The notes beneath the pieces were generated by a model. That model did no database searches. It was not told where the DNA came from and worked only from the letters and a program-made list of their open reading frames with translations. Below, piece by piece: positions 19,159 through 28,051 of a stretch of DNA of 64,000 nucleotides; the stretch's first letter is position 1, and the number at the start of each line of letters is the position of its first letter. This DNA is from Candidatus Buchananbacteria bacterium (GTDB lineage: Bacteria; Patescibacteriota; Patescibacteriia; Buchananbacterales; UBA6539): NCBI GenBank assembly GCA_013359225.1, contig JABWCG010000002.1:113470-177469 (forward strand), in the 5' to 3' direction. The translations under genes were made by a program, and so were the position numbers.

Positions 19159-20267
19159 GATAGTTGCGCAGTGGTTGAATAAACGTTTGAGCCGATATGT
19201 TTAATCAGCCCCTTAATTTCCATGACGCTTAAGTTTGCATTAACAACACTGATATCAAGTCTAACGTATTGCACTATTTTGTCAACGTGAAGCGGTCCGT
19301 CAAGAAGTATTTCAATTATCTTTTTTTCAGTTGGGGTAACTGATGGTGTTGGTGCAGCGGTTTGTTTTTCTTTTAGTGTTTCAACGTTCAGCGTTTCAAT
19401 GATGTCAGTAATGCTATTAACTAATCTGGCGCCGCTAGTAATCAGGCGGTGTGGTCCAGCGCTACCGATGTGAAAGATATTACCTGGAACGGCAAAAACT
19501 TCCCGGCCTTGTTCCAGGGCATAAGCGGCCGTAATGAGCGCACCGGATTTTTCGTGAGCTTCAATAACTAAGGTGCCAAGCGATAAACCGGAAATCAGCC
19601 GGTTACGAATTGGAAAATTGTGTTTTAGCGGCGGCATGGTGATTGGAAATTCCGAAAAAATAAGTCCGCCCTCCAGGGTAATTTTTTTCGCCAGGTTGCG
19701 ATGGCTAGCCGGATAGATTTGTTGTAGCCCGCAACCCAAAACGGCAACGGTGGTGCCGTGATTTTCAAGCGTCGTAGTGTGCGCGCAGGCATCAATGCCA
19801 AAGGCTAGGCCGGAGGTGATAACAAAACCTTGTCGGACGAGATCACTAACCATTTTAGCGGTGACGAGCCGGCCATACTCGGAAATTTTCCGGCTGCCGA
19901 CTACTGCCAGATTTTTTGGTCGCAGATTGTTTAATTCACCTAAATAATACAGCAGGGGAGGTGGGGCATAAATTTCTTTTAGTAGGTGTGGGTATGTATC
20001 GTCTTTGATAGTTACGGTTTTGACGTTAGCTTTTTCAACCTTGTCTGCTTCGGCCTCGGGGTTGATGGTTGATTTTAAATTGATAATCTGGCTTGAAATT
20101 TTTTCCTCAATGCCGGCCGCTAACAACCCTTTTTGGCCGGCGTGCCAGGCGGCTTTCAGGTCGCCAAAATAGTTAAGCAATTTTTGCAAACGCACCGGGC
20201 CGATGATTGGTAGCTGGTTAAAACCAATCCAATATTTAAGTTCAGATTTTGGTACTTTGCTTGACAT
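19155..20267 (-). CDS. dprA: DNA processing protein DprA (Smf)
   Basis: It has a Rossmann-like DprA core (LAVVGSRKIS...GLAFGIDACAHTTTLE...) and a C-terminal winged-helix domain. It lies next to topA, a conserved gene order. Confidence 0.85.
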   Translation of the reverse strand: MSSKVPKSELKYWIGFNQLPIIGPVRLQKLLNYFGDLKAAWHAGQKGLLAAGIEEKISSQIINLKSTINPEAEADKVEKANVKTVTIKDDTYPHLLKEIYAPPPLLYYLGELNNLRPKNLAVVGSRKISEYGRLVTAKMVSDLVRQGFVITSGLAFGIDACAHTTTLENHGTTVAVLGCGLQQIYPASHRNLAKKITLEGGLIFSEFPITMPPLKHNFPIRNRLISGLSLGTLVIEAHEKSGALITAAYALEQGREVFAVPGNIFHIGSAGPHRLITSGARLVNSITDIIETLNVETLKEKQTAAPTPSVTPTEKKIIEILLDGPLHVDKIVQYVRLDISVVNANLSVMEIKGLIKHIGSNVYSTTAQLS

Positions 20268-20346
20268 AATTAACTTTTTATGATATAATAAAATGTTGTA
20301 GTTTTTGGTGGTTCATTAGCCAAAAAAAGGAACAGGAGACTGGTTC

Positions 20347-20505
20347 ATGAAAAAAGGACGTCCAGCTTGCTGTCATTGTGGGTATGTCGACCCGGTCACG
20401 ATTCGCCCGGACAACTGCCCAAACTGTGACGAAACCTGGTATTCGTCGCATCATTCCGAGGAGGAAGCGCTTCGGCGCCCCTCCTCTTTACTATTTTTAA
20501 TATAA
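20347..20505 (+). CDS. Small (52 aa) zinc-ribbon protein (Cx2C...Cx2C)
   Basis: A GGAGA RBS precedes MKKGRPACCHCGYVDPVTIRPDNCPNCDETWY.... The 3' end contains the GAGGAGGAAGCGCTTCGGCGCCCCTCCTC hairpin with a UUCG loop. Confidence 0.3.
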   Translation: MKKGRPACCHCGYVDPVTIRPDNCPNCDETWYSSHHSEEEALRRPSSLLFLI

Positions 20506-20561
20506 ATTATTCCCCTTGACTTTTTTAAAAAAATGTGTTAAGTTGCCGTAATATCTTTAAA

Positions 20562-20713
20562 GATAATAAAGATATATATGGTAGCTTTTAGTGTCCTGCG
20601 TACCAGCGGCAAAAATTCAGACTAACCCTCCTAGTCTAATGAGTAGCCACAAGTCCGAGGGATCTATCGTTTATTCGATTAGGTTCCTTGCGCTGGTAAG
20701 CAGGATAGTGAAA
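20562..20713 (+). ncRNA. Candidate ~150-nt structured small RNA of unknown class
   Basis: A long closing helix pairs GGTAGCTTTTAGTGTCCTGCGTACCAGCGG with CTTGCGCTGGTAAGCAGGATAGTGAAAGCTAC around structured internal hairpins. No ORF is present and a terminator follows immediately. Confidence 0.3.
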
Positions 20714-20727
20714 GCTACTTTTTAATT

Positions 20728-20760
20728 AAAAAAGCGCCTCTTGGGCGCTTTGTTGATTTT
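20728..20760. terminator. Bidirectional terminator (end of pth and end of the candidate sRNA)
   Basis: The GCGCCTCTTGGGCGC hairpin is flanked by T/A runs on both strands. Confidence 0.5.
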
Positions 20761-20774
20761 TGTTGGAGCGGATC

Positions 20775-21347
20775 TTAATTGAATTCGTTCATAGCTTCGG
20801 CAATGCCCGTTGCCAGACCGACTTCAATGGCGGATAAAACGGTTTGCAGATTTTCTTCCAAGGTTAATTTACTGGTTTGGTCAATTTTTTGCAAGACATA
20901 TTTTTCGGTGGGAATTTTTGTCGGTTCGTTTGGCCGAATGCCAACCCGGAAGCGGACAAAAGCCTGGCTGCCGATTTCATCAATAATAGACTGCACTCCT
21001 TTATGACCGCCAGCGGAAGCGTTGTGGGAAATTCTGATTTTACCAAGTGGTAAATCAATTTCATCGTGGATAATCCAAATGTCGGCCGGGTTGATTTTAT
21101 AGAATGTTGCTAATGCTTTAACGGCCGCGCCGGAGTTGTTCATAAAAGTTGTTGGTTTTGCCAAAATGATTTTTTCATCAGCGTTGGCAACTTCGCAGAC
21201 TTCAGCCTTAAACTTTTTTTGCACTTTAAAGCCGAGGTCTGACTGGGCATATTTTTGTTTAACCTGATCAACGACAATAAAACCCAGATTGTGCCAGGTG
21301 TTTTGATATTCACTTCCCGGATTGCCTAAACCGACAATTAATTTCAT
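20775..21347 (-). CDS. pth: Peptidyl-tRNA hydrolase
   Basis: MKLIVGLGNPGSEYQNTWHNLGF... is the canonical Pth N-terminus. Confidence 0.9.
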   Translation of the reverse strand: MKLIVGLGNPGSEYQNTWHNLGFIVVDQVKQKYAQSDLGFKVQKKFKAEVCEVANADEKIILAKPTTFMNNSGAAVKALATFYKINPADIWIIHDEIDLPLGKIRISHNASAGGHKGVQSIIDEIGSQAFVRFRVGIRPNEPTKIPTEKYVLQKIDQTSKLTLEENLQTVLSAIEVGLATGIAEAMNEFN

Positions 21348-21351
21348 ATAT

Positions 21352-22752
21352 TTATTCTCTGCCTGAAGCTACCCGTATTGTAACAGGTACCCCAAGAAAG
21401 TTAAAACGTTCCCGCAGGCGGTTTTCAATAAACCGTAAATATGAGAAGTGAACTGATTCTTGCGCGCCGACGGTGACGATAAATATTTGTGGGTTAGTTC
21501 GCAGTTGACTTAGGGAACGTATTTTTGGTCGCTTGGGACCTTTGGCCTGGGTTGGGCGGTGTTTTTTCAGAATTTCTTCTAAGACAGTTTGTAGTACCTC
21601 ATCGGAGATTTCTTTATTTAGTTCTTCATAAATTTCTAAGACCAAGTCAAGCAGTTTATCAACATTTTTACCGGTTAGAGCAGAAGTAAAAACTAATGGT
21701 GCAAAAGACAGGTGAGGCAGATTTTTTTGATAATAGTTACGAAATTCCTGGTCGCTGGCGGTGGTTTTGCCTTCAACCAAGTCCCACTTGTTGGCGATGA
21801 TGATTAAACCCTTGCCCTCGTCGCGAATCATGCCCGAGATTGCTGAATCTTGCTTAGTTAGGCCCTGGCTAACGTCCGTCATAAACATGATAACGTCGGC
21901 ATTTTTGATGGTATTAAGACTTTTCCTGGTAGCCGTTTTTTCAATCCCGGGTTCAACTCGAGCCTTTTTTTTGATGCCGGCCGTATCAATCAAAATTACT
22001 TTTTTACCTTTGTAGATAATTTCGGTATCCTGTGGTTCGCGGGTGGTTTGTGGCGTTTCAGAAACAATCACGCGCTTTTCGCCTAAGATTTGATTAACCA
22101 AAGACGACTTTCCGGCATTTGGCTTGCCAATTAGCGCGACGCGAATACCTTTGGTTTGTATTACTTCTTTAGCTGGTCGTCCGGACCGACCCTTAATTTT
22201 TTTTATCAATTCATCCAGAAAGTCGCCAACACCGCTACCGTTTGCGGCCGAAACCGGATAGGGCTGACCCAGACCAAGCGCAAAAAAATCGTTAATTTGG
22301 TGGCGGTATTTAGGGTTGTCAATTTTATTGCAGACTAAAAAAGTTGGAATATTTAATTTTTTAATTACTAACGCGAGCTCGCGGTCTTCGGGCAACAGGC
22401 CGGATTGGCCGTCAACGACCATCATGACAACGTCTGCTTTGCCAAGTGCTTCCTTGGTCTGCAGAATAATTTCTTTTTCAATCGTAGTGGTTTGCCGTAA
22501 AATTTTTTGACTTTCTTTATTATTTGGCAGCAGTGCCTGAATGCTGTTTTTGAGAATATCAATATTAACGCCGCCAGTATCGATTAGCTGGAAGGTTTTT
22601 TTTCGCCAGGCAACGGTTCCTAAGTTGTAGTCGCGGGTTGTGCCGGCTTGTTGGGAAATCAGCGCTTTGCTGCTTTCGGTGAGCCGGTTAAATAATGACG
22701 ACTTGCCGACGTTAGTGCGTCCAACAATAACGACGGAGGGTAGTTTGATCAT
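21352..22752 (-). CDS. der: Ribosome biogenesis GTPase Der/EngA (tandem GTPase domains plus KH-like domain)
   Basis: It has two G domains (GRTNVGKSSLFN; GKPNAGKSSLVN) and a C-terminal KH-like domain. Confidence 0.9.
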   Translation of the reverse strand: MIKLPSVVIVGRTNVGKSSLFNRLTESSKALISQQAGTTRDYNLGTVAWRKKTFQLIDTGGVNIDILKNSIQALLPNNKESQKILRQTTTIEKEIILQTKEALGKADVVMMVVDGQSGLLPEDRELALVIKKLNIPTFLVCNKIDNPKYRHQINDFFALGLGQPYPVSAANGSGVGDFLDELIKKIKGRSGRPAKEVIQTKGIRVALIGKPNAGKSSLVNQILGEKRVIVSETPQTTREPQDTEIIYKGKKVILIDTAGIKKKARVEPGIEKTATRKSLNTIKNADVIMFMTDVSQGLTKQDSAISGMIRDEGKGLIIIANKWDLVEGKTTASDQEFRNYYQKNLPHLSFAPLVFTSALTGKNVDKLLDLVLEIYEELNKEISDEVLQTVLEEILKKHRPTQAKGPKRPKIRSLSQLRTNPQIFIVTVGAQESVHFSYLRFIENRLRERFNFLGVPVTIRVASGRE

Positions 22753-24197
22753 GGGTTTTTGCGATCTTGCCCTAAAATAATTAAGATGTCAGTTTGTACA
22801 TTAACTTTGGGAGTAGTGGTTGATTTTACCCAATCGGGCAGCGTTGGTGCGAGCTCGGCCGTTAAGAGTTGTGCAATGCTTTGAGCGGTTGTGTCTTCGG
22901 CCTCAGTAATCCGGTTATAGACCACGGTTTTTTGATAATCCTGGGTTGGGGCATTGCCGATTTTAATGACTTGGTAACCGAGGCTTTCCAAATACTGTGA
23001 AATTTCATAGGCTAAGCCACCAATTTTGGTGCCGTTTTGGATTTCGATCAGTTTTGGTTTCATGGCCACCAATTTTTCCGGCTCAAAGATGTTTTGGGCA
23101 ATCAATTGCATTTCCGAAAAATTTCCAGCCTTTGGTTGAAGTACAAATGCACCGTCGGCAGTAACCGATGAGTATAAAACACCGTCCGGACCGTCGTCAA
23201 AAATTCTTCGGGTGATTTTTTCTTCATCAACGTCTTTACCTAAGTTAAACAATCTGATAATCTCCCAGGCCTTTAAGTCGGTTGCTAGGTGTTGGCTAAG
23301 CGTATCCATAAGCCTGCCAATTTTATAGGGGTTAGCCAGAGTACCAAAGGACAGGGCTTTTTCTTTGGCAGCAAGCAACACCTTTTGCTGGCGTTTACTT
23401 CTGGCAAAGTCCGAGCCTTCAATACCTTTGGCATGGCGACTACGAACAAATTTTAAGGCTAAATCTCCATCCATTTTGACCCGGCCCGGCTCAATATAGA
23501 GATGTTCGTACCGTTCAGATGTTGTGGCCGTTTCTTTTCCTTTAATCGGGTATTGCGGATCGTCAACAGTGTTTTCTACTTCAACGGTAACACCGCCCAA
23601 GTCGTCAATCACTTGTTTGAAGCCGGCAAAGTCAATTCGGACATAATAGTGGATTGGAATGTTAAAAACTTGGCTAATGACTTTTTTAGTCAGCTCCGCG
23701 CCTTGGCCGGGGTTATCAAGTTCACCAAAGGCATTGGCGTGATTGATTTTGCGCCAGCCATAGTTGGGGATTTGCACGAGTAAATCGCGCGGCACGGATA
23801 GCATCGCGACCTGATCAGTCGACGGTTTATAACTGGCAACGATAATGGTATCGGTTAAAAATGGTCCATCGTGGTCCAGGCCGCCCATGCCCAGCAGTAG
23901 AATATTGATCCGATCCTCATCCTCACCCAACAATTTTTTGTCGTCGCTACCGATAAGGAATTTGAGCTGGCCCCATAGGCTGGTGTTACCAAGTGTTTTG
24001 GCAAGGTTTTCGCCGGAAGTAATCACCCCGATGCCAAAAAATATGCCCAGAATTACAAAAATTATCAGTAAATAGATTATTATTTTACTGATAGTTCTTT
24101 TCTTTCGCTTAGGTTGCTCGACGATTTTTCCTTCTTCGCTTAGAAAGTTTGGTTCCGTTCTGGTCATAGTGATTGTAGTGTTATAATTTTGCCACAA
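22749..24197 (-). CDS. LytR-CpsA-Psr (LCP) family cell-envelope phosphotransferase
   Basis: It has an N-terminal TM helix and the LCP core (DTIIVASYKPSTDQVAMLSVPRDLLVQIP...). Confidence 0.8.
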   Translation of the reverse strand: MWQNYNTTITMTRTEPNFLSEEGKIVEQPKRKKRTISKIIIYLLIIFVILGIFFGIGVITSGENLAKTLGNTSLWGQLKFLIGSDDKKLLGEDEDRINILLLGMGGLDHDGPFLTDTIIVASYKPSTDQVAMLSVPRDLLVQIPNYGWRKINHANAFGELDNPGQGAELTKKVISQVFNIPIHYYVRIDFAGFKQVIDDLGGVTVEVENTVDDPQYPIKGKETATTSERYEHLYIEPGRVKMDGDLALKFVRSRHAKGIEGSDFARSKRQQKVLLAAKEKALSFGTLANPYKIGRLMDTLSQHLATDLKAWEIIRLFNLGKDVDEEKITRRIFDDGPDGVLYSSVTADGAFVLQPKAGNFSEMQLIAQNIFEPEKLVAMKPKLIEIQNGTKIGGLAYEISQYLESLGYQVIKIGNAPTQDYQKTVVYNRITEAEDTTAQSIAQLLTAELAPTLPDWVKSTTTPKVNVQTDILIILGQDRKNP

Positions 24198-24358
24198 AAA
24201 TCCGCTGTTGACAATTGTTTTTGTTTCGGTTTACAAGTCAAAGCTTTTGTGTTATATTTGATTGCGTAATAAATAGTAGTTGGGCATACACCGCTTGAGC
24301 GTGCAACAGGTGTACCGTGAACCCAAAGGCGCTTCTTTTTTATACCTGTAATTAAGAA

Positions 24359-24435
24359 GGACAATTAGCTCAGTTGGTTAGAGCGCTGCGTTCACATCGC
24401 AGAGGTCGCTGGTTCGAGCCCAGCATTGTCCACCA
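24359..24435 (+). tRNA. tRNA-Val (anticodon CAC)
   Basis: GGACAATTAGCTCAGTTGGTTAGAGCGCTGCGTT-CAC-ATCGCAGAGGTCGCTGGTTCGAGCCCAGCATTGTCCACCA. Confidence 0.85.
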
Positions 24436-24452
24436 GACTTTTTAGAACAAAA

Positions 24453-25178
24453 ATGCTCAAAATCGGACATCGGGGTGCGAAAGCCTACGCTCCGGAAAAC
24501 ACTATTGCTTCTTTTAAGAAAGCGCTTGACCTTGGCGTTGACATGGTTGAATTTGACGTTCGGATTACTAAAGACAAACATCCGGTGGTTATTCACGATA
24601 ACCGGTTGCGCCGCCTGACGAAGGAATTTATGCGCGTTAATCATCTGACTTTATCTCAGATTAAGAAGTTGCGCGTCAAAGAAACAGAGCAGGTACCGAC
24701 GCTTGGTGAGGTGCTCAGTGTCATTGACAATAAGGTTGGCATTTTAATTGATTTGAAGGTTAAGGGTGCGGCCCAAATTGTAGTGCAGACTCTGCGGGAT
24801 TATAAAATTGATTTTGATAATGTCATGATTTCGTCGGTGCATCCGTCTGAACTGCGCTTAGTTGAACAATTAGAGCCCGATATTACCACAGCACTTATCT
24901 TTCGGTCAAACAACGCATCAAACTTTTGGTTGGTAATGGATTTTTTGGCCGTCTTGTTCTTGCCGGTTACTAAATATTACATTTCTTGGTTGGTTCGTAA
25001 TGCAAACGCCAACTACTTGAACATCAATCATCGTTTGCTGAATGAAAAAAAGGTCAAAATGTTTAAAAAACAAGGAATAAAAATTTGCGCCTGGACCGTC
25101 AACAGCAAGCGCAAAATTGAATATCTTAAAAAAATAGGAATTGACGGCATTATAACTAATTATCCAGATCGCCTATGA
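24453..25178 (+). CDS. Glycerophosphodiester phosphodiesterase
   Basis: The GDPD motif is 'IGHRGAKAYAPENTIASFKKALDLGVDMVEFDVRITKDKHPVVIHD'. I took the start at MLKIGHRG to avoid the tRNA overlap. Confidence 0.8.
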   Translation: MLKIGHRGAKAYAPENTIASFKKALDLGVDMVEFDVRITKDKHPVVIHDNRLRRLTKEFMRVNHLTLSQIKKLRVKETEQVPTLGEVLSVIDNKVGILIDLKVKGAAQIVVQTLRDYKIDFDNVMISSVHPSELRLVEQLEPDITTALIFRSNNASNFWLVMDFLAVLFLPVTKYYISWLVRNANANYLNINHRLLNEKKVKMFKKQGIKICAWTVNSKRKIEYLKKIGIDGIITNYPDRL

Positions 25179-25789
25179 AAATTTTTAAAAAAAATCATTA
25201 TCCGGCCTATTTGGAGGATGATTTATCCGTCGGCAAACAAGCTGCAATTTTTGTTTGGGAAATTTTTAAAGTGGTTGTCATTTCGTTGGCGATCATTATT
25301 CCGGTTCGTTACTACCTGATTAAGCCGTTTTATGTCAAAGGGGCATCAATGGAGCCGACATTCTATGATCATGAATATCTGATTATTAATGAACTAAGCT
25401 ACCATCTTGGTAGCCCGGTCCGCGGCGATGCAGTCGTTTTTAAATATCCGATGGACCCGACTCAGTATTTTATCAAACGAGTTATCGGTTTGCCGGGAGA
25501 AACGGTTAAAATTGCCGACGGTGAAGTTACCATTATCAATAGTGCTAATCCGCAGGGGGTGACGCTGGATGAGCGGTATCTTGACAGTACTGCAAAAACA
25601 ATCGGCGATATTGAAGTAACGCTCGGGCCCGATGAATATTATTTGCTTGGCGATAATCGTTTGGCTAGTCTGGACTCTCGGGTTTTTGGGCCGGTTAAAG
25701 AAGATTTTATTGTCGGTAAAACGCTTTTCCGTGGTTGGCCAATCAGTCGAGCGGGCCTTATAACCAATAATTTAGAATATAATTTATAA
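25175..25789 (+). CDS. lepB: Signal peptidase I
   Basis: It has the S26 boxes 'GASMEPTF' and 'GDNRLASLDSRVFG' and an N-terminal TM anchor. Confidence 0.85.
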   Translation: MKIFKKNHYPAYLEDDLSVGKQAAIFVWEIFKVVVISLAIIIPVRYYLIKPFYVKGASMEPTFYDHEYLIINELSYHLGSPVRGDAVVFKYPMDPTQYFIKRVIGLPGETVKIADGEVTIINSANPQGVTLDERYLDSTAKTIGDIEVTLGPDEYYLLGDNRLASLDSRVFGPVKEDFIVGKTLFRGWPISRAGLITNNLEYNL

Positions 25790-25794
25790 CACTT

Positions 25795-27144
25795 ATGAAT
25801 ACTAAGAAACCAGAAAAAGATTTAGAGCCAAAGAAGCCCAGCAAGAAGGGGGCATTAAAGACCGCTCAGCTGTTGCGGGGGTTTAAGGATATTTTGCCCG
25901 CTGAACAGCCGTATTGGGAATTTATCCGTAAAACCACGGAGAGCTTTTATAAAGGGTATGGTTTTTCCAGAATTGATTTGCCAATTTTAGAAGAGGCTAC
26001 CTTGTTTGTCCGGTCAATCGGCAAGGGCACTGACATCGTTGAAAAAGAAATGTTTAGCTTTGTTGACCAGGGGCAGGGGATGGTCGTGATGCGTCCGGAA
26101 GCAACCGCTTCGGTGGTACGGGCATACTTAAATCATGGCATGGTTAACCTGCCACAACCGGTTAAGCTGTTTTATTTTGGGCCGATGTTTCGTCGTGAAC
26201 GACCACAGTCCGGCCGACAGCGCCAATTCCATCAGTTTGGATTTGAAATTATCGGGGATGAAAATCCGGTCATTGATGCTCAGATTATTGCCATTACTAA
26301 CAACTTTTTCCAGGAAATTGGTCTGGGGCAGGTAAGTATTCAGGTTAACAGTATCGGTTGTCCTGATTGCCGGGCGACGTATGTTAAAGAATTAGTGACT
26401 TACTATCGTTCTAAGCGAAAATTGCTGTGTGAAGATTGTAAAAAACGTTTGACCAAAAATCCGCTACGCTTGCTCGATTGTAAAAAACCATCGTGTCAGT
26501 TTGTTAAAAATGAAGCGCCGCAGATTATTGATTGGCTAGACGACGGTTGCAAACAGCATTTCATGAAAGTGGTGGAATATTTGGACGAGCTAAATATTTC
26601 TTACATTTTGAATCCGTATTTAGTACGCGGACTTGATTATTATACCCGAACCGTGTTTGAAGTCTGGCCAAAAGAAATTAAAGAAGGCGCTCAGAGTGCG
26701 TTGTGTGGTGGCGGTCGTTATGATGGTTTGGTTGAACTCCTCGGCGGTCGACCAACGCCGGCAGTCGGTGTTTCAATTGGGGTTGAGCGCGTTATTAGCC
26801 AGTTGCGTCATAATGAAGTGGAAATTGCTGTGGGTAAAACGCCGGAAGTGTTTTTGGCACAGATTGGCGATCAGGCAAAAGTTAAGGCGTTACAGCTGTT
26901 TGAACAGTTACGAAAAGAAAATATTGAAGTGGCCGAAAACTTTTCTAAAGACAGTCTTAAGGCTCAGTTGGAGTTGGCTAATAAGCATAAAGTGAAATAT
27001 GCGCTTATTTTAGGGCAAAAAGAAGTGATGGACGGTACGATTTTGGTTCGCGATATGGAAAGCGGGGTCCAGGAAGTAATTGATTTTAAGAAGACAGTCG
27101 GTGAAGTTAAAAAGAAATTGTTAAACGGCCGGATCAAAGAATAA
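25795..27144 (+). CDS. hisS: Histidine--tRNA ligase
   Basis: It has class II motifs, the HisRS-specific 'GGGRYDGL' motif and a C-terminal anticodon-binding domain. Confidence 0.85.
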   Translation: MNTKKPEKDLEPKKPSKKGALKTAQLLRGFKDILPAEQPYWEFIRKTTESFYKGYGFSRIDLPILEEATLFVRSIGKGTDIVEKEMFSFVDQGQGMVVMRPEATASVVRAYLNHGMVNLPQPVKLFYFGPMFRRERPQSGRQRQFHQFGFEIIGDENPVIDAQIIAITNNFFQEIGLGQVSIQVNSIGCPDCRATYVKELVTYYRSKRKLLCEDCKKRLTKNPLRLLDCKKPSCQFVKNEAPQIIDWLDDGCKQHFMKVVEYLDELNISYILNPYLVRGLDYYTRTVFEVWPKEIKEGAQSALCGGGRYDGLVELLGGRPTPAVGVSIGVERVISQLRHNEVEIAVGKTPEVFLAQIGDQAKVKALQLFEQLRKENIEVAENFSKDSLKAQLELANKHKVKYALILGQKEVMDGTILVRDMESGVQEVIDFKKTVGEVKKKLLNGRIKE

Positions 27145-27249
27145 TTTTGTTGACTTATAGTGTTAAAAGTGGTATTGTTTAGTCAGTCGAACCATAAAAA
27201 TTTGATTAAAAATTTATTAATTATTCCTCATAAAGGAGGTGAATTGTAG

Positions 27250-27492
27250 GTGGCAGAAGTAAAAAGAAAGAAAAGTGAGACTTTTGAAAGCTTGCTTCGG
27301 CGGTTTCATAAGAAATTGCAGCAGAGCGGTCGCTTAATCCAGTCTCGAAAGATTCGTTTTCACGAAAAACCAAAGAACAAGACCAAGGTCCGAGCGGAAG
27401 CTCTCCGTCGGAAAGAAATTACTGAAAAGCGAGAATACTTAAAGAAAATCGGTAAATTAAAAGACGAAAAAACACCTAGTTCTTATCGTTAA
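27250..27492 (+). CDS. rpsU: 30S ribosomal protein S21
   Basis: It uses a GTG start after AAAGGAGG. MAEVKRKKSETFESLLRRFHKKLQQSGRL... is canonical S21. Confidence 0.9.
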   Translation: MAEVKRKKSETFESLLRRFHKKLQQSGRLIQSRKIRFHEKPKNKTKVRAEALRRKEITEKREYLKKIGKLKDEKTPSSYR

Positions 27493-27497
27493 ATTCA

Positions 27498-27953
27498 ATG
27501 GATATTGTTTCGCAGCTAGAACAAGATTACGTCCAGGCATTCAAGAAGAAAGATGAACTGGCGGTTTTGGTTTTACGGCAGCTGAAAACCTCAATTGCTA
27601 ACGCCGAAATTGCCAATAATCGAGCGAAGCTTGATGAAGCTGGCTTAATTAAACTACTTCGCAGTGAAGTAAAAAAACGTCGCGATGCCGCCGGATTGTA
27701 CCAGCAGGGTGGCCGTGCCGAATTAGCTCGCAAAGAAGAACAAGAAATTGAAATTATCAGCCGCTATTTACCCGCGGCGTTGAGTGAAGATCAGATCAAT
27801 CAAAAAATTGATGAGGTGATTGCCAAAACAGGCGCCAGTTCAGTCCAGGATATGGGCAAAGTGATTGGCGCCGTTATGGCCTCTTTGGGTGGTGCGGCCG
27901 ACGGGAGCGTAGTGAGTGAATTGATCAAACAAAAATTAAACAAAAAAAGTTAG
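27498..27953 (+). CDS. yqeY: GatB/YqeY domain protein
   Basis: It has the full-length YqeY-family pattern (…LRSEVKKRRDAAGLYQQGGRAELARKEEQEIEIISRYLP…). The rpsU-yqeY linkage is common. Confidence 0.8.
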   Translation: MDIVSQLEQDYVQAFKKKDELAVLVLRQLKTSIANAEIANNRAKLDEAGLIKLLRSEVKKRRDAAGLYQQGGRAELARKEEQEIEIISRYLPAALSEDQINQKIDEVIAKTGASSVQDMGKVIGAVMASLGGAADGSVVSELIKQKLNKKS

Positions 27954-28051
27954 ATTTCTGGCAAAGGGGGTTAATCTTTATCTAAACACTTGCTTATTTT
28001 TAGGGAAGTACATAATTTTAAATATTTTTTGAAAAATAAAATTATCATATT

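Noticed and set aside
20347-20505. Whether the small Zn-ribbon ORF is instead a ncRNA or terminator because of its strong 3' hairpin
   Set aside because: It is kept as a low-confidence CDS because it has a good RBS and paired CxxC motifs. The hairpin could also act as an attenuator, and neither reading can be excluded.
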